From Squalus acanthias (taxonomy: Eukaryota), in contig CM059432.1 in the NCBI GenBank assembly GCA_030390025.1, positions 145,578,001 through 145,642,000 of the forward strand: DNA of 64,000 nt, given 5' to 3'. Positions 24,579 to 38,178 of the stretch are shown here, piece by piece. The position numbers were made by a program, and so were the translations under genes. Below the pieces are notes generated by a model, which was not told the DNA's origin, did no database searches, and saw only the letters and a list, made by a program, of their open reading frames with translations. How positions within the stretch are numbered: the first letter of the stretch is position 1; each line of letters opens with the position of its first letter.

Positions 24579-26627
24579 CATGGAGAAAGCGCAGGAGATC
24601 CAGCAGCTAGCCAACAACCATGATGTGCGTGGATTCTTTAGCGCAGTCAAGACCATCTACGGCCCAACCACCCAAGGTCCTACCCCACTGTGGGCCAAGA
24701 ATGGAGAGGTACTCATCAAGGACAGAGAGGCAGTCAGTACCCGCTGGAAGGAGCACTTCGAAGATCTCCTTAACTGAGACTCTGTCTTCGACGCGAGTAT
24801 CAACTCCATCCCGCAGCATGCTACCCACCACCATCTCAGCACAACCCCAGCCCGGCATGAGGTTGAAAAGGCCATCCGACAACTGAAGAACAACAAGGCC
24901 TCAGGAGCAGATGGAATCCCTGCTGAGACACTAAAGCATGGCGGAGAAGCACTACAGGTGTGAATTCATGAACTCATTTCTCTTATCTGGAAGGAGGAGA
25001 GCATGCCAGGGGATCTCAGAGACGCCGTAATTGTGACCATCTTCAAGAAAGGTGACAAGTCCGATTGCAGTAATTACAGAGGAGTTTCCCTGCTGTCTGC
25101 CACAGGGAAAGTCATCGCAAGAATCCTCCTCAATCGCCTTCTCCCAGTGGCCAAAGAGCTCCTCCCAGAGTCGCAATGTGGATTCCGCCCACTAAGGGGC
25201 ACAATGGACATGATCTTCACCGCACGTCAATTACAAGAGAAATGCAGGGAACAGCACAAACCGCTGTACATGACCGCCTTTGATCTCACAAAGGCCTTCG
25301 ACACTGTCAACCGTGAGGGATTATGGAGTGTCCTCCTCAAATTTGGCTGCCCTCAAAAGTTTGTCACCATCCTCCGCCTGCTTCACGACGACATGCAAGC
25401 CGTGATCCTGACCAACGGTTCCACCACAGACCCAATTCACGTACGGACCGGGGTCAAGCAAGGCTGTGTCATCGCACCAACGCTCTTCTCGATCTTCCTT
25501 GCTGCAATGCTCAATCTCACCCTCAGTAAGCTCCCCGCTGGAGTGGAGCTAATTTACAGAACAAATGGGAAACTGTTCAACCTCCGTCGCCTCCAGCCCA
25601 GATCTAAGGTCGTCCCATCCTCTGTCGTCGAATTACAGTATGCAGACGACGCTTGTGTCTGCGCTCACTCGGAGGTCGAACTCCAAACCATCGTCAACAC
25701 CTTCACCGAAGCGTACGCGAGCATGGGCCTTACACTAAACATCCGTAAGACAAAGGTCCTCTACTAACCTACCCCCGCCACACAGTACTGCCCCCCGATT
25801 TATCAAAATCCACGACAAGGCCTTGGACAACGTGGACCACTTTCCATACCTCGGGAGCCTACTGTCAACAAGGGCAGACGTCGATGACAAAGTCCAACAC
25901 CGCCTTCAGTGTGCCAGTGCAGCCTTCGGTCGCCTGAGGAAGAGAGTGTTTGAAGACCAGGACCTCAAACCCGGCACCAAGCTCATGGTCTACAGAGCAG
26001 CAGTGATACCCGCCCGGCTGTATGCCTCAGAGACATGGACCATGTACAGCAGGCACCTCAAAGCACTGGAGAAGTACCACCAGCGCTGCCTCCGCAAGAT
26101 CCTGCAAATCCATTGGCAGGATAGGCATACCAACGTCAGTGTTCTCGCTCAGGCCAACATCCCCAGCATCGAAGCTTTGACCACGCTCGATCAGCTCCGA
26201 TGGACGGGTCACATTGTCCGCATGCCCAATACGAGACTCCCAAACCAAGCGCTCTACTCAGAGCTCCGACACGGCAAGAGAGCCCCAGGTGGGCAGAGGA
26301 AACGCTTCAAGGACACCCTCAAAGCCTCCTTGAAAAAGTGCAACATCCCCATTGACACCTCGGAATCCCTGGCCCAAGACCGCACAAAGTGGAGGCGAAG
26401 CTTCCAGGAAGGCGCCGAACACCTCGAGTCTTTTCGCCGGGAGCAAGTGGAAGCCAAACGCAAGGAACACACATCAACCCAAGCACCCCACCCACCCGCC
26501 CCTTCAACCACCACCTGCCCCACCTGTGACAGAGACTGTAGGTCCCGCATTGGACTCATCAGTCACCTGAGAACTCATTTTTAATGTGGAAGCAAGTCAT
26601 CCTCGGTTCTGCCTAAGAAGAAGAAGA
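24579..26627 (+). mobile_element. RTE-clade (RTE1/BovB-like) LINE, 5'-truncated, inactivated
   Basis: NYRGVSLLS, ESQCGFRP, FDLTKAFDTVNR, GVKQGCVIAPTLF, LQYADD, and C-terminal CPTCDRDCRSRIGLISHLRTH zinc finger; (AAG)n tail; stops at about 24775, 24961 and 25765 and a frameshift near 25800. Confidence 0.92.
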
Positions 26628-27689
26628 TTGATTGGTGCAGATGTGTTTTGTGAGGAAAGGGTTGATAACGGTGGTTTTGAAGGGGAGAGGGGAGAAGAAT
26701 CCATTGACCATATCAGTTAGCATGGGGGGTGAGGATGGGATGTTTGGTGATCAGGTGTTGAGTGGGAAGGGAATTGTGGTAGGAGTGGGTAGCTCTCATG
26801 GGTGAGATGAATTTGGAGAGGGCAGAAAGTAGAGATGGGGAGAAACTACAGAGAGCAGGGTTGAACGTTGACTAGATGGCCTCCTTCTGTACCGTAAATT
26901 TCTATGGTTCTATGATAGATGGGGAAAACTAGGCTTGGAAGTAAAAGGAAGGGGCAGAGCAAATCCATCAATAGTTTTGAACTTGATGACTAAGATCTGC
27001 ATGAGCGCATCATATTTAGTGGTTTAGGTGAGGGTGGGGGAGAAAGGTTTGAACAGAAAGCTAGTTGCAGAGAATAGCCTGGATGCAATGGCCTATGAGA
27101 GTAGAGGATGGGACAGTTGAGGCAGTGGCAGGTGCTATAATATAGTAGTCCCAATGAAGAATGCTGAGGGAAGCAAGAGAGAAGCCATGTGTTCATTTCA
27201 TGATGAATTCAAGCCTGGGATGGCAACAAGAGGAACGATTTACATTTATACAGTGCCTTTAATGTAGAAAAAGACCCAAGGAGCTTCATAGAGGCATAGT
27301 AAAAAATGGAGGCTGAGCCAAGAGAAGGAGATTGAAGGAGTGTCTTAAAGGAGGAGAGGAAGTTAGGGTTTAAGGATTGATTTTCAGAGTGTGGGGTCTG
27401 CGTGACTGAAGATATGGTTGCCAATGGTGGGGCAAAAGGGGCGAGGTGCACAACAGGCCAAATTTGACCATCCAACGATGCTGATGGTGTTGGCTGAGGA
27501 GATTGCAAACCCAATCACTAATATCTTTCAAATTTCATTGGAATTGGGTAACTATTAGAAAATACCAAATGTGATCTCCCTCCAGGCAAAGGATGTACCT
27601 CAATTTACGTATATATTTGACGCTTACCTTTGAGACTTTGCTGAAGTACAGGATACAAACTCATCTGACAGTGTCTGACCAGAGAAAGC

Positions 27690-28620
27690 CAACCTGGTTT
27701 CAGAATGTGTCTGACCGATTTTACTGGATTTCTTTGAGAAGGTTACTAATTTTTTGGATGCAGGTGAGGCAGTGAATGTTAAATACCTGGATTTTAAGAA
27801 GGAATTTGACAATATTCCATATCCCAGACTGATTTGTAATGTGCATGGCTATTGAATAGATGGCAAACTATTAGGCTGGATTGTTGCATGGCTGAAAGGT
27901 AGGAAGTAAAGGTTGTGCATGGGGAGGTGTCAGTGGAAACTGGCAGTCAATGGAATCCCAAAGGGGTTGGTGTTGGAGCTGCTACTATTTATAATATTGA
28001 TATAAATGACTTAAAGGACAGAATATTATTCAAGATCAGTTTGCAAATGACGCCACATTGGGTGCAGTAGTCAATGACGCTAACCAATGCGTGATAATCC
28101 AAAGTGACCCGGTAAGGGACAGGTAAGGTCAGTGGGCAGAGAAAACTATGAGGCGTAACAATGTGGACAGCACATTATATGTTAACAACAGGAAGGAGAT
28201 CTAAGGGTTTTGATGGCTAGGCTATTAAAACTATCCATTCATTGTTTCAGGCATTCAAGAAAACAAACAGAATATTGGTAAGCGTAGTTAGGGACATGAC
28301 TTATAAGTGAAAGAAAGTGATGTTGAAGTTATATTTGGCCTTGGTGAGACAGATTCTGGATTATTGTTCAGTTTTATCTCTATTACAGAGTTAGAGAGTG
28401 TCCAGAAGAGTTGACTAGCTGATTCCTGAATGTGAGGGTTGAGCTAAGAGGAAAGGATATCCACTATGGAATTTTACTCTCGGAGGCGGATAAGGGCAGA
28501 CTTTATGTTCGAGGTCTTAAAGACTTTCACCAGTATGGAGAAATTAATCCAGGAAAGTTCCTTTGTCAGGCACAGAATTAAGTAGACACAATTTAAAGGT
28601 GGCAAAGGAAAACAACATTC
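27690..28620 (+). mobile_element. Old, heavily decayed CR1 fragment
   Basis: Degenerate YLDFKKEFD, FIILINDL, ALVRQILDYC motifs at the DNA level. Confidence 0.65.
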
Positions 28621-29065
28621 AGGTATTTTTTTTAGTAAGAGCATGATTGGGGGGGAGGGGCGTTAGAAATACAGGATATTTTTTTCCAATGTGACACCCA
28701 GTGCAGAGTCTTACCTGGAATAGTATGGCGGCCGCACAAGTGATTTCCTAATATTCACCCTCAGCGACGGAGGCTCCACACTGTGACTGTGCATTTGTAA
28801 ACTACACCCTAAAGTTTCACTGCATGTGGATGATGTCCTGTTATATGGTCAGCTCCCTTGTATCACTTCCCATTGTTGTCTGGATTAACCATACCTGGGT
28901 ACAAGCTCAACTCTATCAAGGTGAAAGCTATGACTTTGGGCTCTTCTCAAAGAGGAACTAATTCATTTCATTTAATTGTATTTAAGCCATTTTCACTTGT
29001 TTGGGTGTTATGATCTATCACAATCTCAGACTCGTCTACTGGATGAACATCTCAGCAGTCTTGAG

Positions 29066-29520
29066 TAGACTAGGCAGATTCAGTAGACTATGCCTATATT
29101 CTCTAGAGTTTAGAAGAATGAGAGGTGATCTCATTGAAACATAAAAAATTCTTACAGGGCTTGACAGGGTAGATGCAGGGAAGATGTTTCCCCTGGCAGG
29201 GGAGTCTAAATTGAGAGTCTAGAAACAGGGGTCACAGTCTCAGAATAAGGGGTCGGCCATTTAGGACTGAGATGAGGAGAAATTTCTTCACTCAGATTCA
29301 CTTCAGTGGTGAATCTTTGGAATTCTCTACTGCAGAGGGCTGTGGAGGCTCATTTGTTGAGTATATTCAAGACAGAGATCGATAAATTTTTGAATATTAA
29401 GGGAATCAAGTGATATGGGGATAGTGCAGGAAAGTGGAGATGAAGTAGAAGATCAGCCAGGATCTTATTGAATGGCCAAATGGCCTACTCCTGTTCCTAT
29501 TTCTTATGTTCTTAAGTTCT
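29066..29520 (+). mobile_element. CR1 3' end fragment
   Basis: EFRRMRGDLIET...GHSLRIRGRPF and a ttcttatgttctt tail. Confidence 0.85.
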
Positions 29521-29676
29521 TTCATGCCATTCAAGAGAGCATAAGGGAGTTCTAATCAGTTGCATTGTTGCGGAGTGTCAGTGTTCTAAAACTTAATACT
29601 TTCCCATATTTGTTTTAAATTCTCCTATTCCAGATACTTTGCATCTTTAACAATATGAATTGCTATATAGAATAGT

Positions 29677-31372
29677 GGCCGTGATTTCCCCTACCTCAGC
29701 GGGTCTGGTGCGGCCGGAGTCGGTGGCGGGGTGCGACACCGCTGCTGGCTCCAGCCCACTGTCCAAAGTGATCTTACGCTGATTGGGCTTGTTAAGCCCG
29801 CCCAGCGCGTTTCCCAGCTAACTGAAGGAAGCAGGTCTGATGACGTCACTTGATGATGCATCATCAGCCCGTTTCCTTAAAGGAACCATGCGTAAATTGA
29901 TTTTGACAGTTGTGCTGTCAGTGTTCTACAGCATTGAGGTGCTGCAAACACTGACAGGCACTGCACAAAGGTGCACGGCTGCACCCAGGCTCTCCCATGA
30001 CTCCCTCCATAAGTATAAGATCAATGCAGCCTGGTTGCACATTGCACAGGAGGACACGAGCAGAGATGTCATCAGGAGGACCAGGCTGCAGTGGCGCAAA
30101 CCTTTCAATGGTCTCAGTAGATCACGAAACGTTACTGCAAAGCCACACTCAACCTCATCACATCCCCATCACTCTGCCTTTCTTACCCTACTCCTGCACA
30201 TCCTTACTCACACCAACTTACCTTGCACCTCCACCCATCCCTCTCTACATTATCACTTCCCCATCTCACTAGCCACCCCTCACACTCAATCTCATCCTAG
30301 TGCAATCATACCAAGTAACAATACACAAGGGTAGGCACTTGGGTGTTTTAGCCAATGTTCATGTGAAGTTTCTGTTAATGTGCTGTCAAACATTGAAATC
30401 TTTATTTTAAACACTTTGCGTTCATGGACAGATTTGTGTGCACCTTTGGAAGTGACTTAGTGAGTTGCAGTGAACGGTGAGACATAATGGTACCCCCCGC
30501 AATGGTGATGAGTGTGGAAGGAATGGCTTGGGCTTTGTAGGGATGCTTTATGATGTTGGTGTGGGGTGGTGCCAACCTGGCACATTATGTGGCAGCCAGG
30601 GTGTACAGCATCAAGTGAAGTAAATCTGACTGTGGTGAGGCCATTCCTGGCGTCCCGGGCAGCAATGTGGTCGGGTGCTGATGCCCTCTGTCCTGTGCAG
30701 CATCAGTTGATTGCGGAGAAGGTTGGTGTTATTGTTGGTGCTGCTGGTGTGCCTGGTGCTGCTGGTGTTGGGGCTGATCATGGTGGGATTGTGAGGACCA
30801 AGGTGAGATAGTTTCAAGGGCACCGATGCTGATGGAATAGATGGCAGCTGAATTTGAGATGACAGAAGCGATCTGTTAATGGTGAGAGAGGTTGTTCCAA
30901 TGAGGTGACACTGGATGCAGAGTTTGCTCCAAACACCTGTAAGCTGCATAATGCTCAATCTGTCTTCCAAATGCAGTAAGCAACAGCTTCTAACCTTGGA
31001 AAGTGAACAGCTATGAAATGGGAGCTTTTGTAGAACATTTGCAGCTGTCAAGTTAAGAAATCATCCCATGCTGACAGAACTCCCGACCTACTTAAGTGAC
31101 GTGATCCCCGAGCAGCGGGGAAGCCGTGGGTGAACTCTTAAAATCTAAAGGTGAGCTCAAAAAAGTTTTTAAGTGCCTGTTAACAAGCTCTTAATCATCT
31201 AAATTGCCTTCCCCGCTGCTTGGTGTCGGGTCTGTTCAGCGATGACAGATCTGACATCTGGGAAACTAGCGTGGCGGTGGGTTGACAGCGAGTTCCCTAC
31301 CCGCTGTCAAAAAAAAATTCCCACCTGACCCGTCACCAAATGTGCCCGCTGACTCCCTGAAAAATTCCCCGC
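29677..31372. mobile_element. Non-autonomous Harbinger derivative with a decayed Myb exon
   Basis: Imperfect TIRs GGCCGTGATTT / AAAATTCCCCGC, flanking AGT/AGT, and internal plus-strand TAAPRLSHDSL...AWLHIAQE...RTRLQWRKPFNGLSR (Myb/SANT remnant). Confidence 0.75.
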
Positions 31373-32437
31373 AGTGTTTCTGTGGAATTACAAGTGCCTT
31401 AAACAATAGTAAAAGTTGGGGCAGTAATAGTCTCCCAAACTGCTTTTGTCATTTGGCTACCCAGATTAGCATGGAATGATACTTCTGCAGATCACTCCAT
31501 GGTGGGCATGAAGCAGAAAGCCTGTTCCCATCTGCTCTTCCATTTCTCTCTACTTGGAAGGAATTCTAGCATTTCTATAACTTTCCACTCTTTCCACTAA
31601 CCCGCCCACATTACAAATCTCTGATCATCCTTCAATGATAAAGGTGTAATTCTGTTTTACTATTAAAAAGTTCCACTAACTACAACTGGTAAACTGGACT
31701 TTGCATTGTTGCTCCCTTTCTCTGCCATGTGCAAATTTCCTGTGCCACTCTGGATTTTTATCACTTTGTCAGCACTGGTTGGTGCATTGTGTCCTCTAAC
31801 AAAATGCCTAAAAATAAATTGTTTTGTTCCAAAAGAATGTATTACATGAAACACTGAACAATTATAGAAGATAAAACATTATGTTAATACTATACAAGGT
31901 TGAAAATTTGAATCAGAATCCATTATTACATATGCTTCTTTGGAAAATGCCACATGCATCTAGCTTCAAGTAGGATGGTTTTCATTTATTTTCAATGGGA
32001 ATGTAGAAGTACATGTATGAACTCTTCCATCACCAAATCAAATCCAACTTTTCCAGCAGAGAGGATAGAACAGACTACAATATTAAAATCACATCTGTGA
32101 CAATTAAGTGAGTCAAAGCAGATGTGTTTAACCTTTGACAAAAGTGTTGCTCTAGGGATTTGAAATGTTAATGGCCTTCCTTTTGGTTTTTTAATTTTCA
32201 ACTGCCCTCGATCCCAAATTAATACCTCCAATAGCAATTTACTGTTAGAACCTACCTAGGCCCCATAAATAATGGAAACAGCAAGGCAATTAGCAGATGT
32301 GTGTTGCTAAAATTGTTATATAAAAAAGTCCATTATATGAAAGTATGGAAAGTGCAACTTGTCCAAAAGAAGCGCTTCAAATATATACATGCAGGTTATA
32401 ATCTTAACAAACAAGTGGCTAATCAATTGCTAAATTT

Positions 32438-33322
32438 TTAAAAGGAATACCACATCCAAAAAATTAACGAATCAAAACAACTCATTCCTGTTATGGATAA
32501 ACCTATTTCATTAAGTGAGCATATATTTGATGAATTGCCATTATTAAATACGTTGATGTAATGTATTCTGAATCCAAAATATGGAACAAAAATCACAAGC
32601 ATTATCAATATGAAAGTCAGTGTCTTTAGTTGGGCATGAAAGTCTTGATGAGCACACATCTGCGAGCCATGCTTGATAGCCAAATTGAACATTATGCTTA
32701 TCTGGCAGATAAGCAAGATGACAACTATTAATATTGTTGCACAAATTAAAATGTAGTTGACTGTCTGCACAAATTTTGATGAAATTTCATTCGCAAAATT
32801 AAAACACTGATTTGCATCATGTTCCTGGTTAACACCATATTGTGTTAGAAATATTGGGGAAATAACCAGAGTCACCACAATCCACAGTGCTGCACAGAGC
32901 ATTAAAGCATTCCACGGTCTGTGAACCCTTGGATTCGCCCTCTTTTGAAAGACATTAATAAATCTTGTGATGATGATGATCACATAAAATACCAAAGTTA
33001 AGTATATGTGAAGATGTATAACAGCACTGACCAGCTTGCAGAAATTAAATCCAAACTTCCAACATTTAATCGCATAGTAAGAAATGCGAAATGGCACCGT
33101 TATAAGAAAAATCACATGCATTACTGTGAGATTTATAATAATAATAGATGTCATTGACTTCTTGTCACTCTTCAGTATCCGATGTATTATAACACTGGCT
33201 CCAATAACTCCTCCCACAAACACAATAGTGTACAGTGCTATTAAAACAGACTTGTGCTCTTCAAGTGGACAGCTTTGTGTTTGATTACAGTCTGAAGAGT
33301 TGTGAGGGCCTTGATTAAGCAT
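32438..33322 (-). CDS. GPR141: GPR141-like orphan class A GPCR, 294 aa (single coding exon from this ATG)
   Basis: Seven hydrophobic segments. Family-specific motifs ITVPFRISYY, CKLVSAVIHLHIYLTLVFYVIIIITRF, DFHAQLKTLTFI...FVPY and NEIGLSITGMSCFD match recalled GPR141. N-glycosylation sequons lie at the N-terminus. Confidence 0.85.
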   Translation of the reverse strand: MLNQGPHNSSDCNQTQSCPLEEHKSVLIALYTIVFVGGVIGASVIIHRILKSDKKSMTSIIIINLTVMHVIFLITVPFRISYYAIKCWKFGFNFCKLVSAVIHLHIYLTLVFYVIIIITRFINVFQKRANPRVHRPWNALMLCAALWIVVTLVISPIFLTQYGVNQEHDANQCFNFANEISSKFVQTVNYILICATILIVVILLICQISIMFNLAIKHGSQMCAHQDFHAQLKTLTFILIMLVIFVPYFGFRIHYINVFNNGNSSNICSLNEIGLSITGMSCFDSLIFWMWYSF

Positions 33323-33684
33323 TGCAGGTCGTTCTTTAATTTCTGATGAATTTAGTTTGTCGTCCAGCCTTCATTAAAACAAAAGTTCTTAAGTTATCAA
33401 TATAATTATACATTCACAGACAATATACTTTTTTATACCAAGGAAAGTTCTCAGTCTTAACCCAAATGTATAGTGTTAAATACAGGTTTTAACCATCACC
33501 ACCACCCCACAACCTAATTGTAATATCTGAACACATCTTTCGGGAACATCTCAAATCATTCTACGTACAATAGATTACTTTGCAATGCAGTGACTGTTAT
33601 ATAGGCACATCCAGCAGCTATTTTGTGCAAAGTAAGATCTTACAAACAGCAGAGATGAATAACCCATTAAAAATAAAAATAATA

Positions 33685-33830
33685 AAACTGCAAATGCTGG
33701 AAACACTCAGCAGGTTGGTCAACATCTGTGATGAAAACATAAGTTAGCATCTGAAACGTTAACTTGTCTGTTCTCTCCATAGCTGACGAACCTACTGTAT
33801 GCTTCCAGCATTTTCTGTATTTGTTTTGAA
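33685..33830. repeat. Degenerate palindromic repeat (same family as 47731-47876)
   Basis: gcaaatgctggaaacactcagcagg ... cctactgtatgcttccagcattttctg. Confidence 0.6.
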
Positions 33831-34219
33831 TGGCCAGTTAGTCTTTTTGGTTGTATTGAAGCTGGGATCACTCCCTGCTCTTCTCTGAATAGTGTAATGG
33901 GATCCTTGCCATCCACCTGAACGAATGGAACAAGTAGACAGGCTTTGCTTTTAGCGCCTCATTGAATGACAATCCAGCATTCCCAGGGTACTGACCCAGA
34001 GTTCCAGCGTAGATTATGTGCTGAAGTCCTGGTGTGGGGCTTAACCCATAACCTTCTGGCTCAGAGATAAATGTCACAATTTGGGAAATTTGTGCTGGTT
34101 TATTTTTAGTATTTAAAAGGAGAAAAAGCAACATCAGAATGGTATTTTGCACTTTAAAACGATGTCCTGAGGCTGCACTGGAGCTGTATCTTGTAGCTCT
34201 GATCTCCCAGAAACATATT

Positions 34220-34491
34220 GGCCCAGATATTCCGATCCCTACGGGTGGGTACGCGTTGTGAAATGTATGAAAGGAGATTCCCTTCTGTGATTGGCTCCCC
34301 ATGGCCCACGTGATCCCAGGGACGCTGTGAACTACATGTGCCCCTGGGATACGTGGGCCCTGCACACTTCAAGTTTGGAGAGGCCCAGGAGCGGAAGCGT
34401 GTGCGTCCCAGGAGCCCTCAGGTGAGGGCGTAGATTTTTCCAGATCGCAGGCCTCCGCCCGCGGGAGGCCTGCGATTGGAAAATACGGGCC
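34220..34491. mobile_element. Small Harbinger-like MITE
   Basis: Imperfect TIR GGCCCAGATATTCC / GGAAAATACGGGCC and an internal hairpin atcgcaggcctcc...ggaggcctgcgat. Confidence 0.55.
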
Positions 34492-34629
34492 ATCCTCTTG
34501 TTTGATTTCCTGGGAGCATTTTGGCCATATGTCAATGTGTCAACCAACTAGCTGGTAAATTTTCTGTGTTTTGTAAGCTTCTCAAAGTTGTCTGCTAAAG
34601 ATCATTCATAAGCAGCTGCTTACGCAGTA

Positions 34630-35185
34630 CAGGTTGAGCGTCCAAAATCCGGAGATCCGGACTCCGGGACAATTGGTGGCAGGGTCGTCCGGAATCCGTA
34701 AAATGTTCTGGAATCCGAAACTCCGGATTTTGGACGCTCAACCTGTACTTCAAAAAGCCATTAACTTTTGTTGTCTTTTTTTGAAAAATCCTATGAAAAA
34801 TGCGAGTGATGCAATAAAACTTTAGTGTTGTGTTTTATCCTCCTTAATCTGCACAGCTCCACTAAGTGTTTCCGTCAGGCCGCGGCCACGGCACCACGCC
34901 GCCCTGGTGGCCTAGTGTGGGCCATCGGATGCTCTGCAGAGCTCGCAGCGTCCCTCCCCTTTAACAGAAGGGGAGGGGCGGAGAAACGCGTCAGCGCTTC
35001 GCGGAGCGGCCCAGGCATTTCCGGACTCGGAACGTGTTTCTGATGTCCGAAGTCTGGAAACGCCCAAGCCCAGGTTGCGATATTTCCGGACTTCGGACAT
35101 CAGAAACACATTCCGAAGTCCGGAAAAACACAAATTCCGGCTCAGCCTCGGTCCCGAGGTTGCCGGATTCAGGACGCTCAACCTG
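34630..35185. mobile_element. Tc1/mariner (pogo/Tigger-like) MITE(s)
   Basis: Unit 34630-34745 has a perfect 25-bp TIR CAGGTTGAGCGTCCAAAATCCGGAG and a TA TSD. A second right TIR ends at 35185 followed by TA, with internal repeated ttccgga motifs. Confidence 0.8.
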
Positions 35186-35194
35186 TACTACAAG

Positions 35195-36488
35195 AGGAAC
35201 ATAGGAACAGAAGTAGGCCATTCAGCCTATCGAGCTACCACTCAGTTAGATCATGACTGATCTGTACCTCAACTCCATTTCCTGCCATTGCTCCTTATCC
35301 CCTGGTGCCCTTACTCAACAAAGATCTATCTTTCAGTCTTGAAAGTTCCAATTAACCCAGTATCCACAGCCTTTTGGAGAGTTCCAGATTTCTACTACAC
35401 ATTTTGTGGAAAAAGTGCTTCCTGAATTTGCTCTTGAATGGCCTGTCTCTAACTTTAAGATTATGTCCCCTTGTTCTTGATTCCCCACAAGAGGAAATAG
35501 TTTCTCCATATCTATCCTATCAAATCCTTTTTAACATTTTAAACACCTCAATCAGATCACCCCTCAGTCTCCTCTACTTAAGGGAACACAAGCTGAGTTT
35601 ATGCAACCTGTCATCATAATTTGACCCCTTAAGCCCCAATATCATTCTGGTGAACCAGTGCTACACCCCCTCCAGAACTGAAAGCAGTACACCAGATGGG
35701 GTCTGACCAAGGCTTGATACAACTGAAGCATAACTTCCTCCCCTCTGTATTCCAGCCCCCTTAAGATAAAGGTCATCATTCCATTAGCCTGTTTGATTGC
35801 TTTTTAAGAACATGAGAACATAAGAAATAAGAGCAGGAGTAGGCCATTCGGCCCCTCGAGCCTGTACCGCAATCAATAAGATCATGGCTGATCATCGACC
35901 TCAACTCCACTTTCCGGCCCGACACTCCAGCCAGGGGAAACAACCTCTCAGCATCAACCCTGTCAATCCCCTTCAGAATCTTGTATGTTTCAATGAGATC
36001 ACCTCTCATTCTTCTAAACTCCAGAGTGTGTAGGCCCATTCTACACAATCTCTCATCATAGGACAGCCCTCTCATCCCAGGAATCAATCTAGTGAACCTT
36101 CGTTGCACTACCTCCAAAGCAAGTATATCCTTCCTTAGATAAGGAGACCAAAACTGTGCACAGTACTCCAGGTGTGGTCTCACCAAGGCCCTGTACAATT
36201 GCAGCAAGACTTCCTTACTCTTATACACCAACCACCTTGCAATAAAGGCCAACATGCCATTTGCCTTCCTTATTGCTTGCTGTACCTGCATGCGGCTTTC
36301 TGTGTTTCCTGCACGAGGACACCTAATTCTCTCTGAACTCCAACATTTGAAAGTTTTTCACCATTTAAAAACTATTCTGTTTTTCTATTCTTCCTACCAA
36401 AGTGAATAACCTAACATTTTCCTACATTATACTCCATCTGTCACCTTACTGCCCACTCACTTAGTTTATCTATATCCCTTTGCAGACT
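35195..36488 (-). mobile_element. Two CR1 3' fragments (older one about 35195-35805; younger one about 35807-36488)
   Basis: CR1 tails and ORF 35776-36291 (KANGMLAFI...LEYCAQFWSP). Confidence 0.85.
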
Positions 36489-37334
36489 AAGAAAATAAGA
36501 AATAAGAGCAGGAGTAGGCCATACGGCCCCTCGAGCCTGCCCCGCCATTCAATAAGATCATGGCTGATCATCGACCTCAACTCCACTTTCCCGCCCGATC
36601 TCCATATCCCTTGATTCCCCTAGAGTCAAAAAATCTATCTATCTGAGCCTTGAATACACTCAAAGACTCAGTATTCACAGCCCTCTGAGTGAAGAAATTC
36701 CTTCTCATCACAGTCTTAAATGCCTTACCCCTTATCCTGAGACTATGCCCCCTAGTTCTAGACACTTCCAGCCAGGGGAAACAACCTCTCAGCATCTACC
36801 CTGTTAATCCCCTTCAGAATCTTGTATGTTTCAATGAGATCACTCCTCATTCTTCTAAACTGCAGAGAGTATAGGCCGATTCTACACAATCTTTCATCAT
36901 AGGACAGCCCTCTCATCCCAGGAATCAATCTAGTGAATCTTTGTTGCACTGCCTCCAAGGCAAGTATATCCTTCCTTAGATAAGGAGACCAAAACTGTGC
37001 ACAGTACTCTAGGTGTGGTCTCACCAAGGCCCTGTAAAATTGTAGCAAGACTTCCTTACTCTTATACTCCAACCCCCTTGCAATAAAGGTCAACATGCCA
37101 TTTGCCTTCCTTATTGTTTGCTGTACCTGCATGCTAGCTTTCTGTGTTTCTTGCACGAGGACACCCAAATCTCTCTGAACACCAACATTTGAAAGTTTTT
37201 CACCATTTAAAAAATATTCTGTTTTTCCATTCTTCCTACCAAAGTGAATAACCTCACATTTTCCTATATCATACTTCATCTGCCACCTTACTGCCCACTC
37301 ACTTAGTCTATCTAAATCCCATTGCAGACTCTTT

Positions 37335-38178
37335 GGACTCAATTTTCACCAGCCCGTGGAAGCGGGTTTGGAGGCGGGAGTGGTGTGAAAATAGCAGATT
37401 CGGGGGTCCTGAACCCATCCCGCCCCCAACTCGCCTCCATGCCAGTTTCCCAGGAGGTGGGTACCCGACCTGTGCTGGGACCCGCCTCCCCGAGGCAGGA
37501 AGGGGATTAGTGCCAATAAACTGCCTGTTAACAGGTAGTTAACAGGCAGTTTTTTGCCTGATCCCTATTTTTAGCCCTGAAGTGTGGGCTTCTCGACAGG
37601 TCCGAACCACGCCGATTTAGCGAGGCGGACCGTCGGTCTGGAGGGCTTGGAGGGGTCGAGATGTCCGGTGTGCAGGTGAGTGATGGGTGCATGAGTGCAG
37701 AGGTAAGTGTGTTTGGTGTGTGTAAAGTGTTTTAAGCACTTTTACTTACCTTAACTTTGTCCTGCAGGCTAGCTTCCTTAAGGTGTCGGGAGTCCCTCAC
37801 ATCCACGGCACAGAAAGCAGAATGGCCGCGGAGCTGTCAAAAGCTGCAGTCTCTGCTTTCTGTGCTGGATTAATTTCTAACTGAGTCTAAGTACAGGGAC
37901 TCAAGTTAGAAATCATATTGTCAGTGTTTGACAGCTTCACAGAGCTGTCAAACACTGAAATTTCATCTGTCAAAAGCTCTTGACAGATGAAATTTCAATG
38001 GCTGATGTCACCTGTATCCAAGGGACCCTTGATTGGCCTGCTAAGCCCGCTGGACGGGCTTAACAAGGTCAATCAAGGGAAAATACAGTGTGTTGGCCAC
38101 AAGTCGATGGAGGCGGGACTACAACCCAAAAAGTGGGAGTCCCGCCTCCATCACATCCCCATTGACAAAATCCAGCCC
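37335..38178. mobile_element. Harbinger MITE (844 bp) inserted in CR1
   Basis: TIRs GGACTCAATTTT / AAAATCCAGCCC and TSD TTT/TTT. Its removal restores CR1 gcagactcttt|gtgttctcc. Confidence 0.9.
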
